NCBI GenBank assembly: GCA_965287045.1
Contig: OZ336884.1
Coordinates: 54,622,001 to 54,686,000, forward strand
Direction of reading: 5' to 3'
Source: Carcharhinus amblyrhynchos
Taxonomy: Eukaryota
Length of the DNA: 64,000 bases
The stretch's first letter is position 1. Each line of letters begins with the position of its first letter. Position numbers and translations under genes: made by a program. This document shows positions 27,211 to 38,588 of this stretch, piece by piece. The notes beneath the pieces are model-generated. The model had not been told where the DNA came from and ran no database searches. It saw only the letters and a program-made list of their open reading frames with translations.

Positions 27211-28117
27211 GTAATCTGGTTCTCTTCAAGTGCACAGTATTAACTTTGAAGTGTTTTCTCTTTGCCTATCTGTTGCAAAGATCATTTGCAGTTTCTTTTT
27301 ATTTAGCACAGCATTGTAACTGAACATTATTTGCTTAGGATTCTTCCTTTATATATTTGGGAAAGATTTGGAGAAATGCAGTTTACTGATAAACCAATCT
27401 AAGTTTATGGTTATTGCTTCTTGGACTCAACTGCAGATGCTTATACAAAGCCAAGTTTTTAATCTGATACTTCTAAAGAAAATTTAGTGTTATTTTTCAA
27501 ATATGTTAAATTCTTGTATTCTTAATTTGATTCCTGTCTTAAGTTCATATCAGTACTTTTATTCTGGTTATCATTATGGTTTTAATCATTGCAGTCCAAC
27601 ATGTGGCAGAGGCGTTATATAGTGGAAAAAATAGGAAGAAAGCCACTCTTATGAACAAAATTGAACATCTTTCCTATCTCCTCTGAATTTAGTGACTACT
27701 AATCATCGAATTCCCAGTTTGATGTTTCCCAACTTAACAAGTCCTACCTGTGGCACAGAGTCATAGAGGTTTACAGTACGGAAACAGGCTGTTCGACCCA
27801 ACTTGTCCATGCTGCCCCTTCTGCCAAAGAGTGTGCATAGGTAGATGCATTGTTTGCAAATTTCAATAATTTCATGAATATTCTGGGCAGAATTTTCCCA
27901 GAAAAAAGTGTTGAATTCACGTGAAAACTGGAGTAATTCCCGCTGCTTTTTTCAGTGGGAGTTTAGAGAAGAATCTCCCACACTCTGTCACTGCAGAGGC
28001 CAACATCATGAATGTTATTTAAAAACTAGGGGGTGGGACCTATCCCCGCTAGAGAGGCTGAAATCAGCATGCTGAACAGACTACTGCGCATGCGTCAATC
28101 TGTTGGTGTCGAGATGC

Positions 28118-28349
28118 AGTAAAAAGTCTGACAACACCAGGTTTTAGTCCAACCTATTTATTTGATAACATACTCACAAGCTTTCGAGGGGACTGCCTCT
28201 TCGTCAGGTGAATTCACCTGACGAAGAGGCAGTCCCCTCGAAAGCTTGTGAGTATATTATCAAATAAATAGGTTGGACTAAAACCTGGTGTTGTCAGACT
28301 TTTTACTGTGTTTATGCCAGTCCAACGCCAGCATACCCACATCATGACA
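28118..28349. mobile_element. Family B PLE foldback: 192-bp palindrome plus unpaired tail
   Basis: 28117-28308 is self-complementary about GAA|TTC (28212/28213) with 1 mismatch. Tail 28309-28349. Perfect 12-bp TSD GTGTCGAGATGC at 28106-28117 and 28350-28361. Confidence 0.92.
28215..28250 (+). ncRNA. Minimal type I hammerhead ribozyme motif (mirrored on the - strand at 28175-28210)
   Basis: CAC-CTGACGA-A-GAGG-cagtcc-CCTC-GAAA-GCTT-GTG: helix I CAC/GTG, CUGANGA core, helix II, GAAA and palindromic AAGCUU in place of helix III, as known for PLE hammerheads. Activity untested. Confidence 0.8.
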
Positions 28350-28830
28350 GTGTCGAGATGCGCAGAGGCCCTGCACTGATGGCCTCAATTATGGCCAGCT
28401 CTGCTGGCTCTCCGCACCCCTTCCTCCCCCACGGCCTGGTTGCTGGCCCCCTGACCATTCCTGGCCAGCCCCGAACTCCTCCCTATTGGCCTGCCCCGAT
28501 TCCCCAACCCCACACTGATCCCTATGCAGAGGCAGCGGTGCCCTGCTCCCATCTGCCTACCCCTTAGCACTGTCCCGTGCCTGATGGGCAATGTCAAGGT
28601 GTGCCTTGGGCATTGACACTTTTCCCATTGGGTACTGTCAGAGGCATAGGCTGGCATTGCCAGGGTACCAATGCACAGGGGTCACCCCCCACCCCGCTGC
28701 CCGACCCTCTGGGAACCCCCGATTCCCCCTTCACACCAACAGGGTCAGGCCGCTAGTGCTAGTGGGGAGTTACTGTAAACCCTGCCGAAGTGAACCATTC
28801 TGGCAGGGTGGTTGGGGGGATGGGTGGGTG

Positions 28831-28955
28831 GGAGTCATCTGCACTCAAAGGGTCAGCTCTTTTTCCTCCTTGCAGATGCTGCCAGACCTGCTGAGATTTT
28901 CCAGCATTTTCTCTTTGGTTCAGATTCCAGCATCTGCAGTAATTTGCTTTCATTC
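28831..28955 (+). mobile_element. Family A PLE 3' end with tail
   Basis: GCTGCCAGACCTGCTGAGATTTTCCAGCATTTTCTCTTTGGTTCAGATTCCAGCATCTGCAGTAATTTGCTTT, preceded by a decayed half-hammerhead. Confidence 0.75.
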
Positions 28956-29329
28956 ATTTAAACAGCATCTTTAACATAGTTAAACTTCCTAAGGCATTTC
29001 AAAGGAGTATGAGCCAATAGAATTTGACGCTGACAACCTTGACGAGATATTGGATGAACCTTGGCCTTATCTATTCAGGGATATTTCTAATTCTTGTGTC
29101 AAGTTAGCACCAGTAGACTGGTGCTATAGCATTTCACCTCTTTGATCCCTACAGACTTCAACGTTATCATCTTTGCCACTTGTCCTTCACCAACCTGAGT
29201 ATAAGGTTATCAAAGGATAGCTTGACAAAGATGGATTTTTGGTGAATTCCAGTGCAAAGAAGGGAGAGTGATGGCACATTAAGTATTGCAGACAATCTTA
29301 GTAGGGTAGGTGAATAAATCAATTAGTCT

Positions 29330-30212
29330 TTTTTATTTGTTCATGGGATGTACTGGCAAGATCAGCATTCTTTTACCCTCCTAATTTCCCTTGAAGGCAC
29401 TTCTGAGCCACCTGTTGGGCACCTTTCACAGTCCTGTTAAGTTCCAGAATTTTGAGACCGCAACAATGAAATAATGGTGACTTAGAATGGAATTGGACAT
29501 CTTGGTGTTCCCATGTGTTGTTGTCAAAAATTACAACCACTCAAATAGTTCCAATCTTTGACTACAACAGTAACTGGGACTTTATTAACAAATATATTTG
29601 AGAGACATAACCCTGCTCCTCCAAAATATCTGACAGCTACCAAGTCTGAGTAACATATTTATACCTTTTGGTTATCATGCTTATACTATAAATTCTAATA
29701 AGCATCACTCTACTGGTTGCAGAAGTAATTTAACTAACTGAGGACTGAAGTTTGTGCTTCTTAGCTCACTTCTGCTTACATTAAGTTTGTCATTGTTAGT
29801 TTCCCACACCAGCATGCTAAGAAAGGGCTAATAACTATTATTTTAAAGCTGTTAATGCTCATTACTACATTTGCCTACTTCAAAGCCAAATGATTTCAAT
29901 GACCCCACCTCCCATGTATCAGCTACTTTTGTCCTTTTAAGCTAGTAAAGGCATGGGGTTGGAAAGTACCATTGATGAAATGTTGATGAGTTACTGCAGT
30001 GCATTTTGTAGATGGTACATAATGGAGATATGGTTCACTAATAGTGAAGGAAGTGAATGTTTAACGTGATAGATGGCAGCTAATCAAGCAAGCTGTTTGT
30101 CCTGCATAGTGTCATTCCCTTTGGGTGTTGTTGAAGCTGTTCTCATCCAGCTAAATGGAGAATATTCCATCACATTCCTGACTTGTGCCTTGTAGCTGGT
30201 AGAAAGGCTCCT
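29330..30212 (-). mobile_element. CR1/L2-type LINE 3' fragment, split by an insertion at 29517-29909
   Basis: Colinear with 950-1470. Resumes at TCCCATGTATCAGCT after the insertion. Confidence 0.7.
29517..29909 (-). mobile_element. LTR-like insertion of unknown family
   Basis: Flanked by TCCCATGT (29509-29516 and 29910-29917). The minus strand has GGTATAAA, then AATAAA, and ends ...GACAACAAC(A). Confidence 0.45.
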
Positions 30213-30694
30213 CAAACTTAATACTAGAGTGAATCTAGAGCAGTTGGGAAAGTGAAGGCAGAGAAAGGATTTTTAAAAAGGGGAAGTTTCTCATGAAAAA
30301 AGAATATTGGATTGGCCTTACTTAACGTGTTCCGGATGTCTTAGAGTAAAGTCAATGACTACTGCAGCGCTGATGCTATGTTGGGTGGAAGGACAAAGGT
30401 AAATTTTGAATTGGAGAGCCAATTGCCAATTGATGTAAGAATGGAAAGAGTAGGTGCTTTTTCAAAGGAAGAGAGCATTGTTTACAGGACTGGAGGTAAA
30501 TTGGGAAGTGGAAACAAGGAAGTGAACTATATAAATGATCAGGATCAAGGCGATGCAAGATGTTGTGGATGATTGTGAAAGTGAATTGGAATGCTAGATA
30601 TAATTTATGAGGACAGGAGGGCAAAAGGAGTGGAAAGAAATGGATTAGGGTCAAGTCACCAGTAATGTGATGGGCATTTGGCACAATGGCCAAG

Positions 30695-30914
30695 TGGGAA
30701 TTCTCTGCCTGTTGAAGTGGTGGAGGCTGCCTCGCTAAATATTTTTAAGACGCGGGTTGATGGGTTTTTGATAAGAGAGGGGATTAAAGGTTATGGGGAG
30801 AGGGCGGGAAAGTGGAACTGAGCCACGACAGATCAGCCATGATCTTATTGAATGGCGGGGCAGGCTCGAAGGGCTAGATGGCCTACTCCTGCTCCTATTT
30901 CTTATGTTCTTATG
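30695..30914 (+). mobile_element. Relatively young CR1 3' end
   Basis: GATCAGCCATGATCTTATTGAATGGCGGGGCAGGCTCGAAGGGCTAGATGGCCTACTCCTGCTCCTATTTCTTATGTTCTTATG; CpGs retained. Confidence 0.8.
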
Positions 30915-32479
30915 GTATGTAAAGAGCAAAGATCTAGACATGGAAGTTGTAGAATTGGGAGTAGATTGCTGGCAAAGTCATTGTATGATAAGTGGGGAGA
31001 AGCTGAGGTGCTCAAATAAGGAAAAGGTAATTCAGAGGCAGGGGGAAGATGAGATTGGTCATGATAGGAAATTGTGCACCTAATGAGGATGTATAGTGGA
31101 CTCAGAGGGAAGTTTAAACTGTATTGATGGGCAGCAGAGAGCTTAGGAAAACAAATAATCCCTTAGAATGACGATTTGAAGAATAATCATTGTGCCAGTT
31201 GAAACTGGGCTATTTTGAAGGTTAAGTTCCAAAGCTGAAACGATCATTTGTCAGATTCATTTTCATTATTGAATAATGCTGCTCTTATAAATGAAAGTCT
31301 TGTTGTTAGATTGTGATGTTATCTTCAGTGGGCATGCTCTGTCTCATTATTAGTTTTAATTCTTTTTATACATTTTCCTAAATCTTTTTACTGCTTAATC
31401 ATATACTTTAGGGTTCCACAACAAATGTAGTTTTCCTGTTCAAAAAACAATTGGAAACATCAATCCAGCTGCAAGAGACTACAGTTCTGCAGCTCCAAAT
31501 TACAGCAAATACTGATTTCATTCCCAATCTTTTGGCGGTACACAATTCTAAACTTTCAAAAACCGATTATTCCCTAGAAGTAGATCATATGGATCAAAAT
31601 GAATGTCAGTCGAGCACAGTGCAGACAGTGAAACATGCACGACCCCCACTGCTTCTGTAAACTGCCTGAGGCCAAATACTGAATGGAGCCTTTTTGTTCT
31701 GTAATGCTGTTGCCTGCTATCTTTAGAGTACTGGCTGTAGTACCCCATTGTGATATTCTACTTAATAGTCATTGAAATTTGTGTTCAGCTTAGCGTGTAG
31801 TGGAATCTTGTTCCATCGTGAAAATTGCAAGAATTCAGGCCATTCTTTCATGCAGAGGCTGGAGAGCAACGACCTTGTGATTACAACAAACTTTTCAGGT
31901 CTTTAATTAATGAATTCCAATCCATTGCTTGAATGGACAGTTTCAGCATGCTGGCTAATAATAAATGGGAATTCATTTCTGGGGCATTGTCCATATTCAT
32001 CACACATGACTTTGGAAGATTTTCAGAAACCATAGAAAATGACAACAGACACAATTTGGTTCTGGAGAACAACATGGAGCGAAAACCCCAAGCTGTGATA
32101 AATAACAGAAGTACTGGAAATATTTGGTAGAGCAACCTCTGTGTTGAGAAAAACAGAGTTCTTGTTTCAGGTCAATGATCTTTTATCAAAACTAGAAAAG
32201 GAAAGGGTTATGGTGGCAACAATTGGTTGCCTTGGAAAAGGATTAGGAATCACGACACAGGATTCATCTGTGTCTGTTCCTTCTGTTCAAGGCAGCAGAT
32301 CAACTTTGTGCTATTTGCTAATTTATATGATGCAGGCAGCATTCTTCAGCAGATGGCCCAAAATTGGGAGTGCACCATATTCATTTAGGTGTTAGCACAA
32401 TTTAAAAGTGGTGGTGCGTTGTGGCTGGAGCATGTGCTAAATGTCATTGTGGAACTCATTCTGGCATAGAAGAAGGCAT

Positions 32480-33830
32480 GATAATGAAACAACATGTGGA
32501 TGTGGGGTCCCTAAGATTTTCCACTGCACTGAAGCCCCTGATCGATGAGCTGTAGAGAAGGAGATATTGGCTCTATCCACTGGGGCCAAGAGGTAGTTGG
32601 GATAGATAACTGGTGGTGAATGCCCGGAAGCAAGCCGTGAGGACATAGATTCAGTACTGCAAAATGTTCAATGATCCCACACTGGTGAGGTTCAGAAGTT
32701 TATCTTCAAATGCCACATCACTTCAACTACATTATTAACCTCAGCAATTGCTCAATACACCACAACGTCCCCACCCTCCCATCACTTACCAACATTCTCT
32801 ATCAACCTGAATACATAGCTTTACTGTACACGCTTTGCTGCAAAACTCACACCCACATTTCATAGCTTGCATACTGTACAACCATGAAAGCCAAGTCGCC
32901 CATGGAAATTGCACATCAGTGGTACATTTCCTTCTCTTTTATTGGACTGGGTAGAACAAAGGAATCGATAAGCACTTATCAGAGGCTTATGTGCTGCTGC
33001 ATATTCTTAACCCGATGGAGGAGATGGTGCTGATCGTCAGTGTCACAGCTACTGCTGAGGCTGTGGTCGGCAATGAGCCTTAAATGATAGAAGATGATAG
33101 TGTCTTCATTCTTGATCCTCCTCACAAAGCACTTGCAACACGTTCCACCATCTTTTCTGATTTAGAAGTTGCAGGTGGTGAAAAATACGCCTCTTATTTC
33201 TCCATCGGACCCCCACTCCTCTACTACAGCCTTACCCATGTGCATTTCTTCTTTCAGATACCCAAGAACTGCAACTAAGCCAGGTAGTAATGGAACAGTA
33301 ATAAGTGAAAGAACAAGACCACAGAAATAATAAAGAAACACCATCACACTATTTCTCACTCTCAGCCAACAGTTCCGATACTGATGCTGTGCAAAGTTTA
33401 GAGAAGATAACTAAGAGACAGGATCTGCACGTGGTGTGATCTGAGGTACCAATGACCTGCAGCCAGGCTTGTGGAAAAGGGGTGCCACTTTAGCAGAGGG
33501 GTGGGCTGAAGTTGCAAGTCCTCCTGCAGAAGATGTTGATGAGCACTTTGATAGAGCAAGCTACAGAAGAAAACTGATGGATATGCACAATGAAGTATTT
33601 GGTGCAGTAGTAGGTCTGCCCCCTTTGCATGAAATGCCAAGGATCATGAAGGTGTGCGGCACCAACCTTGCAAATAACTTTACATTTTGTAGCATTTAAA
33701 TGGGGACAAGCTCCCTTAGCACACTTGTGAACCCAAACATGATGCAGTCCCTGGTGGTTGATGTCTCTAGTTCTTCCCCAATTCTGCTCCAACACTGCTG
33801 TGCACGGTCTGAAGAAGACCATGGATATCT
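32480..33830 (+). mobile_element. Decayed Myb/SANT-like ORF, probably from a PIF/Harbinger transposon
   Basis: Frameshifted remnants resembling PRFS..ALE.L.DE..RRR near 32510-32580 and RT*IQYCKMFND near 32640-32675. Downstream peptide DEHFDRASYRRKLMDMHNE. Boundaries uncertain. Confidence 0.5.
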
Positions 33831-34819
33831 TGCTTTAATTCCTTGAAGGATTGACTTATTTGAATTCTTGCCCTGTTCTCCCTCAACATCTTTCTTTTCT
33901 TTGTTTGGAACTATCTCATAATTCATTTTGGTTCCAAGGTGCCATTGGGTTGGAGGCATTTGTTCCATTTTTCATGATATTTGGGGAATAGAACAGTTTA
34001 GTGAAAGATTTTTGTCAACCTGTGACTGTAAATCTCTGTGTTCTGTTGTGGATATTTTGCAGCAGATGTATAACAAATCAGATGTGGCATTGAGAAACAC
34101 AATAGGTGGATGAACACGAGCCATGGCTGAATTAGTTTCTTTTGTTCACCAGACACAATCATATGGCCAACAACTGAAGGGGGATTGCTCATGGCCTCTC
34201 TAGCCTTATATAGTTCAGGGCAAGGAACAGTTGTGAAATCTGTTTGTGAATAAACTGGAAAGTAAATTGAGATCTCTATTACTGCAGCTCCCAGGGAAGA
34301 CAGTGGATGGCAGCACCATTCAGTTATCACTTATTAAGCATTAATTTAATATGACGTAAGCTGTCCCATAAACCCCTTGGCTAAGAGACTACTCTAAATT
34401 ACGTGCAGTATGAGACTTCATAATCACTGTGACATTGCTGTTCTGTATTAACTAAGAAGGTTGTGCTTCAGAGGTATCTGAAAAAGAATAAGGCACAAGG
34501 GGCTGAATTTTACAGTCCCATGCCGGTGTGTTTGCAGGCAGGGTGCCTGCAAAGTTCCCCTGGTGGCCTTTCAGCTACTCTCCTGCTCTTCCTGACCTAT
34601 CCATAATTTTACATAGGGCAGGTAAAGTTTAGGGCAGTCTGTCTTACCTTGTCCCAGTTGAGGCCTTGAGGGCCACTTCCTCATCTGCCTCAATTTTGAG
34701 GCTGGCAGGAGATGTTGAGATGATGGCGGGAAGCCTGGAAAGTCCCTGCTCAGGCTTTGGACAGAAAGGAGGTTAATGTGCCTCCCACAAGGGCCCCCTT
34801 TCCAACCAGGCATTGCCCT

Positions 34820-35415
34820 GAGGAACTCTGCAGTTGTGTCATGGAGCTGAGATGATTAACTCCCAACAAACACAACCATCTTCCTTTGTGCTTGATACAT
34901 GGAGAGTTTTTCCCCTGATTCTCATCAACTCCAGTTGTGCTGGGGCTCCTTAATGCTCCTTCAGTTAAATGCTGTCTTGATGCGCAGGTAAATCACTCTT
35001 ACTCTCACCTCTTTTGAACATGTTTGAACCAGGGATATAAAGAGGCCAGGAGCTTATTGATCCTGGTGGAACGCAAACTGAGCATCAGTGAGCAGGATAT
35101 TTCTGAGTAATTGCTACTCAGTAGCACTTTTGATGACCCTCCGCCCTGCCTTCTATCACCTTGGTAATGAAGAGAGTAGACTGATGGAGCAGTCGTTTAT
35201 TGGGTTGGATTTGTCCTGTTTCTTGTGTACAGGTCATACCTGGGCAATTTTCCACATTGTCTGGTAGATGCCAGTCTTGTAATATTACTGAAACAGCTTC
35301 AGTGGGGCACAGCTAGTATTGGAGCACAATCTTCCGTACTATTGCGCAAATGTTGTTTGAACCCATAGCCTTTGTAGTATCCAGTATCTTTGGCCAATTC
35401 TTGATATTATGTGGG
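34820..35415 (-). mobile_element. CR1/L2-type LINE internal fragment
   Basis: Colinear with 1870-2430 (CACAACCATCTTCCTTTGTGCT). Confidence 0.75.
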
Positions 35416-35842
35416 CTGATCCTTTGTTGTTCCCCAACTCAAATCAAAAACCTCTTTTTGAACCACTTATATAGTTCTATCCTATACTCGAGTGTTCAAG
35501 ATGAGTAATAAAAAAGAACTAAATATTTGTCATAATTTTCTATGGATTGGGTTTCTGATGCCAGAGTGACATAGAAGAGTTATGATGCTGTCAGTCGAAA
35601 TATTGAGAGGTGGATTTTTTTTTCATGTAAAGCGAAATCAGTGAGTGATCCACCCAAGGCTGCTGTCATATCTGCCTCACTCAGATTTTCTCCCAAAGAT
35701 CTCCTGAACTGGTTATTTGCATTTATGGCTGCCGAAATGCATCTTGAGAGAATAATTTAAAAATAACAATTTTGCCTTTAAGTTTGTAAATTTAAAAACT
35801 TTGTAAATTTTTAACAGATTATCTTTTTGCTTCTGCATTTAG

Positions 35843-36058
35843 GCCTAAAAGCAGGTGACGAAGTTTTGGAGATTAATAAAATGAAAGCTAAAGATTTGGT
35901 TGTTGCTGACCTGAAGGCTATCCTGTCTGCGCCTTCACTTTCTCTCACCGTACGAACATATGGCCAGCCAGTAGATGGACATATATCCACTTTGCCCCTT
36001 CGACGGGTAGGAACAATAGATGCATTAAGCGACAGTGGATCTGTTTCCAGTCATCAAG
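35843..36058 (+). CDS. TIAM1: TIAM1-like coding exon (PDZ C-terminal half)
   Basis: ttctgcatttag| ... CAAG|gtaggg; 216 nt, phase 1-1. Encodes (G)LKAGDEVLEINKMKAKDLVVADLKAILSAPSLSLTVRTY, compared with TIAM1 GLKAGDEILEINNRAADALNSSMLKDFLSQPSLGLLVRTY. Confidence 0.93.
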
Positions 36059-36977
36059 GTAGGGGCCATTGTCACTACTTACAATCTTAAACATAATAAC
36101 AATTTTATTATTGCCTTGATGGATCTAAGTACTATGATATTTTAACTTAAACTGCCTAGTGGAAAACTGATGGGTTTGAATCAGCTACATTAATTGCACC
36201 CCACCTGATTTTGTTTCTATGGGTTATTGGATGGCGTGTGACAGACAGCAAATTCTATCCTGTATATTACCACCAGGCAAATTAGGTGAAAATTATACTC
36301 TTAAGTTATTATTCACTTACCTTCCATGGACTTAGCCTTCTATTTGATTCAGTTTTTAGAATTTTTTTTATGATGTTCTGACAGTGCTAATCTGTGCTAT
36401 AGTTTGGAAACATCCAAACTAAGTCCTGAAATTTTGGCCTCTAGTGCTGCCTACAATCTCGAGCAATTTTTTTTGCACTGTAGGAAATTGAATGACTAAA
36501 ACCAGACTTATTTTCTTCTGAAAAATGTTTTGAGTATTTTGTTTGTTTTTCTGATCTAAGTATGAATGAATGCTTGCACAGTGGAATACAAATGGGAAGG
36601 TAGAAATAATTTTACATAGGATGATGATTAGTTCTTTGAAATCACTATCACAGTATTGAAGTAACATTTGTTTAAATATTTAAAAAAGAATTATATGTTT
36701 ACTTCAAAAGAGGAATATGAAAGGGGCAAGCAACAAACAGGAAAGTGAGATTAGATTAGGTGAAACACATGCCGAAAAACATCTGCATAATGTTGATGGA
36801 TCAAATGGGCTGTTTCTGTTCTACATCAGTCTGAGGTAAGGAAGAGTGATTGCTCTTGGCGTCAAGGCAACAATTAAACACATGAGGCAAGAGGGAACCA
36901 AAGTAAATTTAACATCAATGAGGATCAGGGAAAAAACTTCTCCTGCAGCCAGAATTATACCTGATGGTTGTGGTTAG

Positions 36978-37255
36978 GGGCAGCACTGTGTACAGTAGTT
37001 AGCACTGCTGACTCTCAGCGTCAGGGACTGGAGTTCAATTCTGGTCTCAGGTAACTGTGTGGTGTTTGCATGTTCTCCCATGTCTGCGTGGGTTTCCTCC
37101 GGATGCTGTGGTTTCCTCCCAAAGTCCAAAGATGTACAGGTTAGGTTGATTCTCCATGCTAAATTGCCCTTAGTGTCAGGGGGATTAGTGGGGTAAATAT
37201 GTGGGGTTATGGGGATAGGGCCTGGGGTGGGATTGTGATTGGTGTAGACTCAATG
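36978..37255 (+). mobile_element. HE1-type V-SINE
   Basis: tRNA-like head and V-domain TGTTCTCCCATGTCTGCGTGGGTTTCCTCCGG. Confidence 0.85.
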
Positions 37256-38310
37256 CTCACTTGGATAACTGTTTTCTTATTTAAATATCTGTAGAAACTC
37301 TTCCTGCCTGACTTTATATTACTGGCCACCTTTCTCTCATACTCATGTTCCCCTCCTTATCAATCTTTTTGTCGTACTTTGATGTTCTTGATATTCTTCC
37401 CAATCATCTGAGCTGCCACTTATCTTTGCACAAATATATGCTTTTCCTTTAAGTTTAATACTGTCTTTAATTTTCTTAGTTAAACACAGATGATGGGTCC
37501 TCCCCATGGCTTCCTCTTTCTCATTGTAATGTGTTTATTCTGTATGTTCTGAAATATTTCTTTAAAAGTCTGCCACTAAACATGTATTGACCTATCCCTC
37601 AAGCATGTTTGCCAGTTCACTTTAGTCAGCTCTGCTTTCATGATCTCATAATTGCCTTTAAATACTTGGATGCACTCTTCTCTACCTCAAAGTGAATATA
37701 AAATTCAAACATATTATGAGCATTGCTACATTGGGGTACTTTCACTATGAGGTTATCAATTAATCCCATCTCATTGCACAATACCAGATCTAGTACAGCC
37801 CGCCTTCTGGCCGGCTCCAGAATGTGCTGTTCTTAGAAATTATCTCAAAAATATTCTCTGAATTCCTCATCTACACTATCTGAATTTTCCTGTCTATACG
37901 AGGATTAAAATCATCCATGATTATTGCTTTTCCTTTTTAAAAAGCTCACAATGCTGATAATGGGGAATTTGATGATGATAATGCCACTAAATGCATAGGG
38001 AAGATGATTAGATTGTTGGAGACAGTCGTGCTTGGCACTAGTGTGATGCGAATATTATTAGCTACCCATTAGACCATGCCTGAATGTTGTCCAGGCCTTG
38101 CAGCATGGACTTTTTAATTTTTGAGGATTTGTAAATGGACGTGAACACTATGCAATTATCAGCAAATACTCCCACTTCTGACATTATGATGGACGGAAGG
38201 TCATTGAAGAAACAGTGAAGGTGGCTGAACCTAGGACACTCCCATAAGAAACTCATGTCATGATGTCCCAAGATGGAGAAGATTGACCTCCAAACACCAC
38301 ATAGGATCAT
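37256..38310 (-). mobile_element. Adjacent LINE fragments: CR1 (about 37256-37950) and CR1/L2-type (about 37960-38310)
   Basis: Peptide FNDLPSIIMSEVGVFADNC...LDNIQAW; CR1-type antisense sequence upstream. Confidence 0.7.
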
Positions 38311-38392
38311 AGAATCCTACAGTGCAGAAGGAGACCATCTCCAGCAATCTAATCATCTTCCCTATGCATTTAGTGGCATTACCATCATCAAA

Positions 38393-38588
38393 CAGGGCAT
38401 ATGAAGACACAAACTGAAGTGACCTTATATGCCCTGGTTATGCACAGAACTGCCATTTACCTGACAAAGGAGCAGCGCTCCGAAAGCTTGTGGCTTTTGC
38501 TACCAAATAAACCTGTTGGACTTTAACCTGATGTTGTGAGACTTCTTAATGTGTTTACCCCAGTCCAACGCTGGCATCTCCACATCAT
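38393..38588 (+). mobile_element. Older family B PLE 3' end with hammerhead remnant and partial inverted arm
   Basis: CTGACAAAGGAGCAGCGCTCCGAAAGCTTGTG...AATAAACCTGTTGGACTTTAACCTG...CCAGTCCAACGCTGGCATCTCCACATCAT. Short inversion CAGGGCATAT/ATATGCCCTG upstream. Confidence 0.8.

Larger units (their letters stand above)
27885..28810 (+). mobile_element. GC-rich MITE copy that hosts the PLE palindrome
   Basis: Starts GGGCAGAATTTTCCC. Colinear with 22730-23400 on both sides of the 28118-28349 insertion. Confidence 0.7.
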
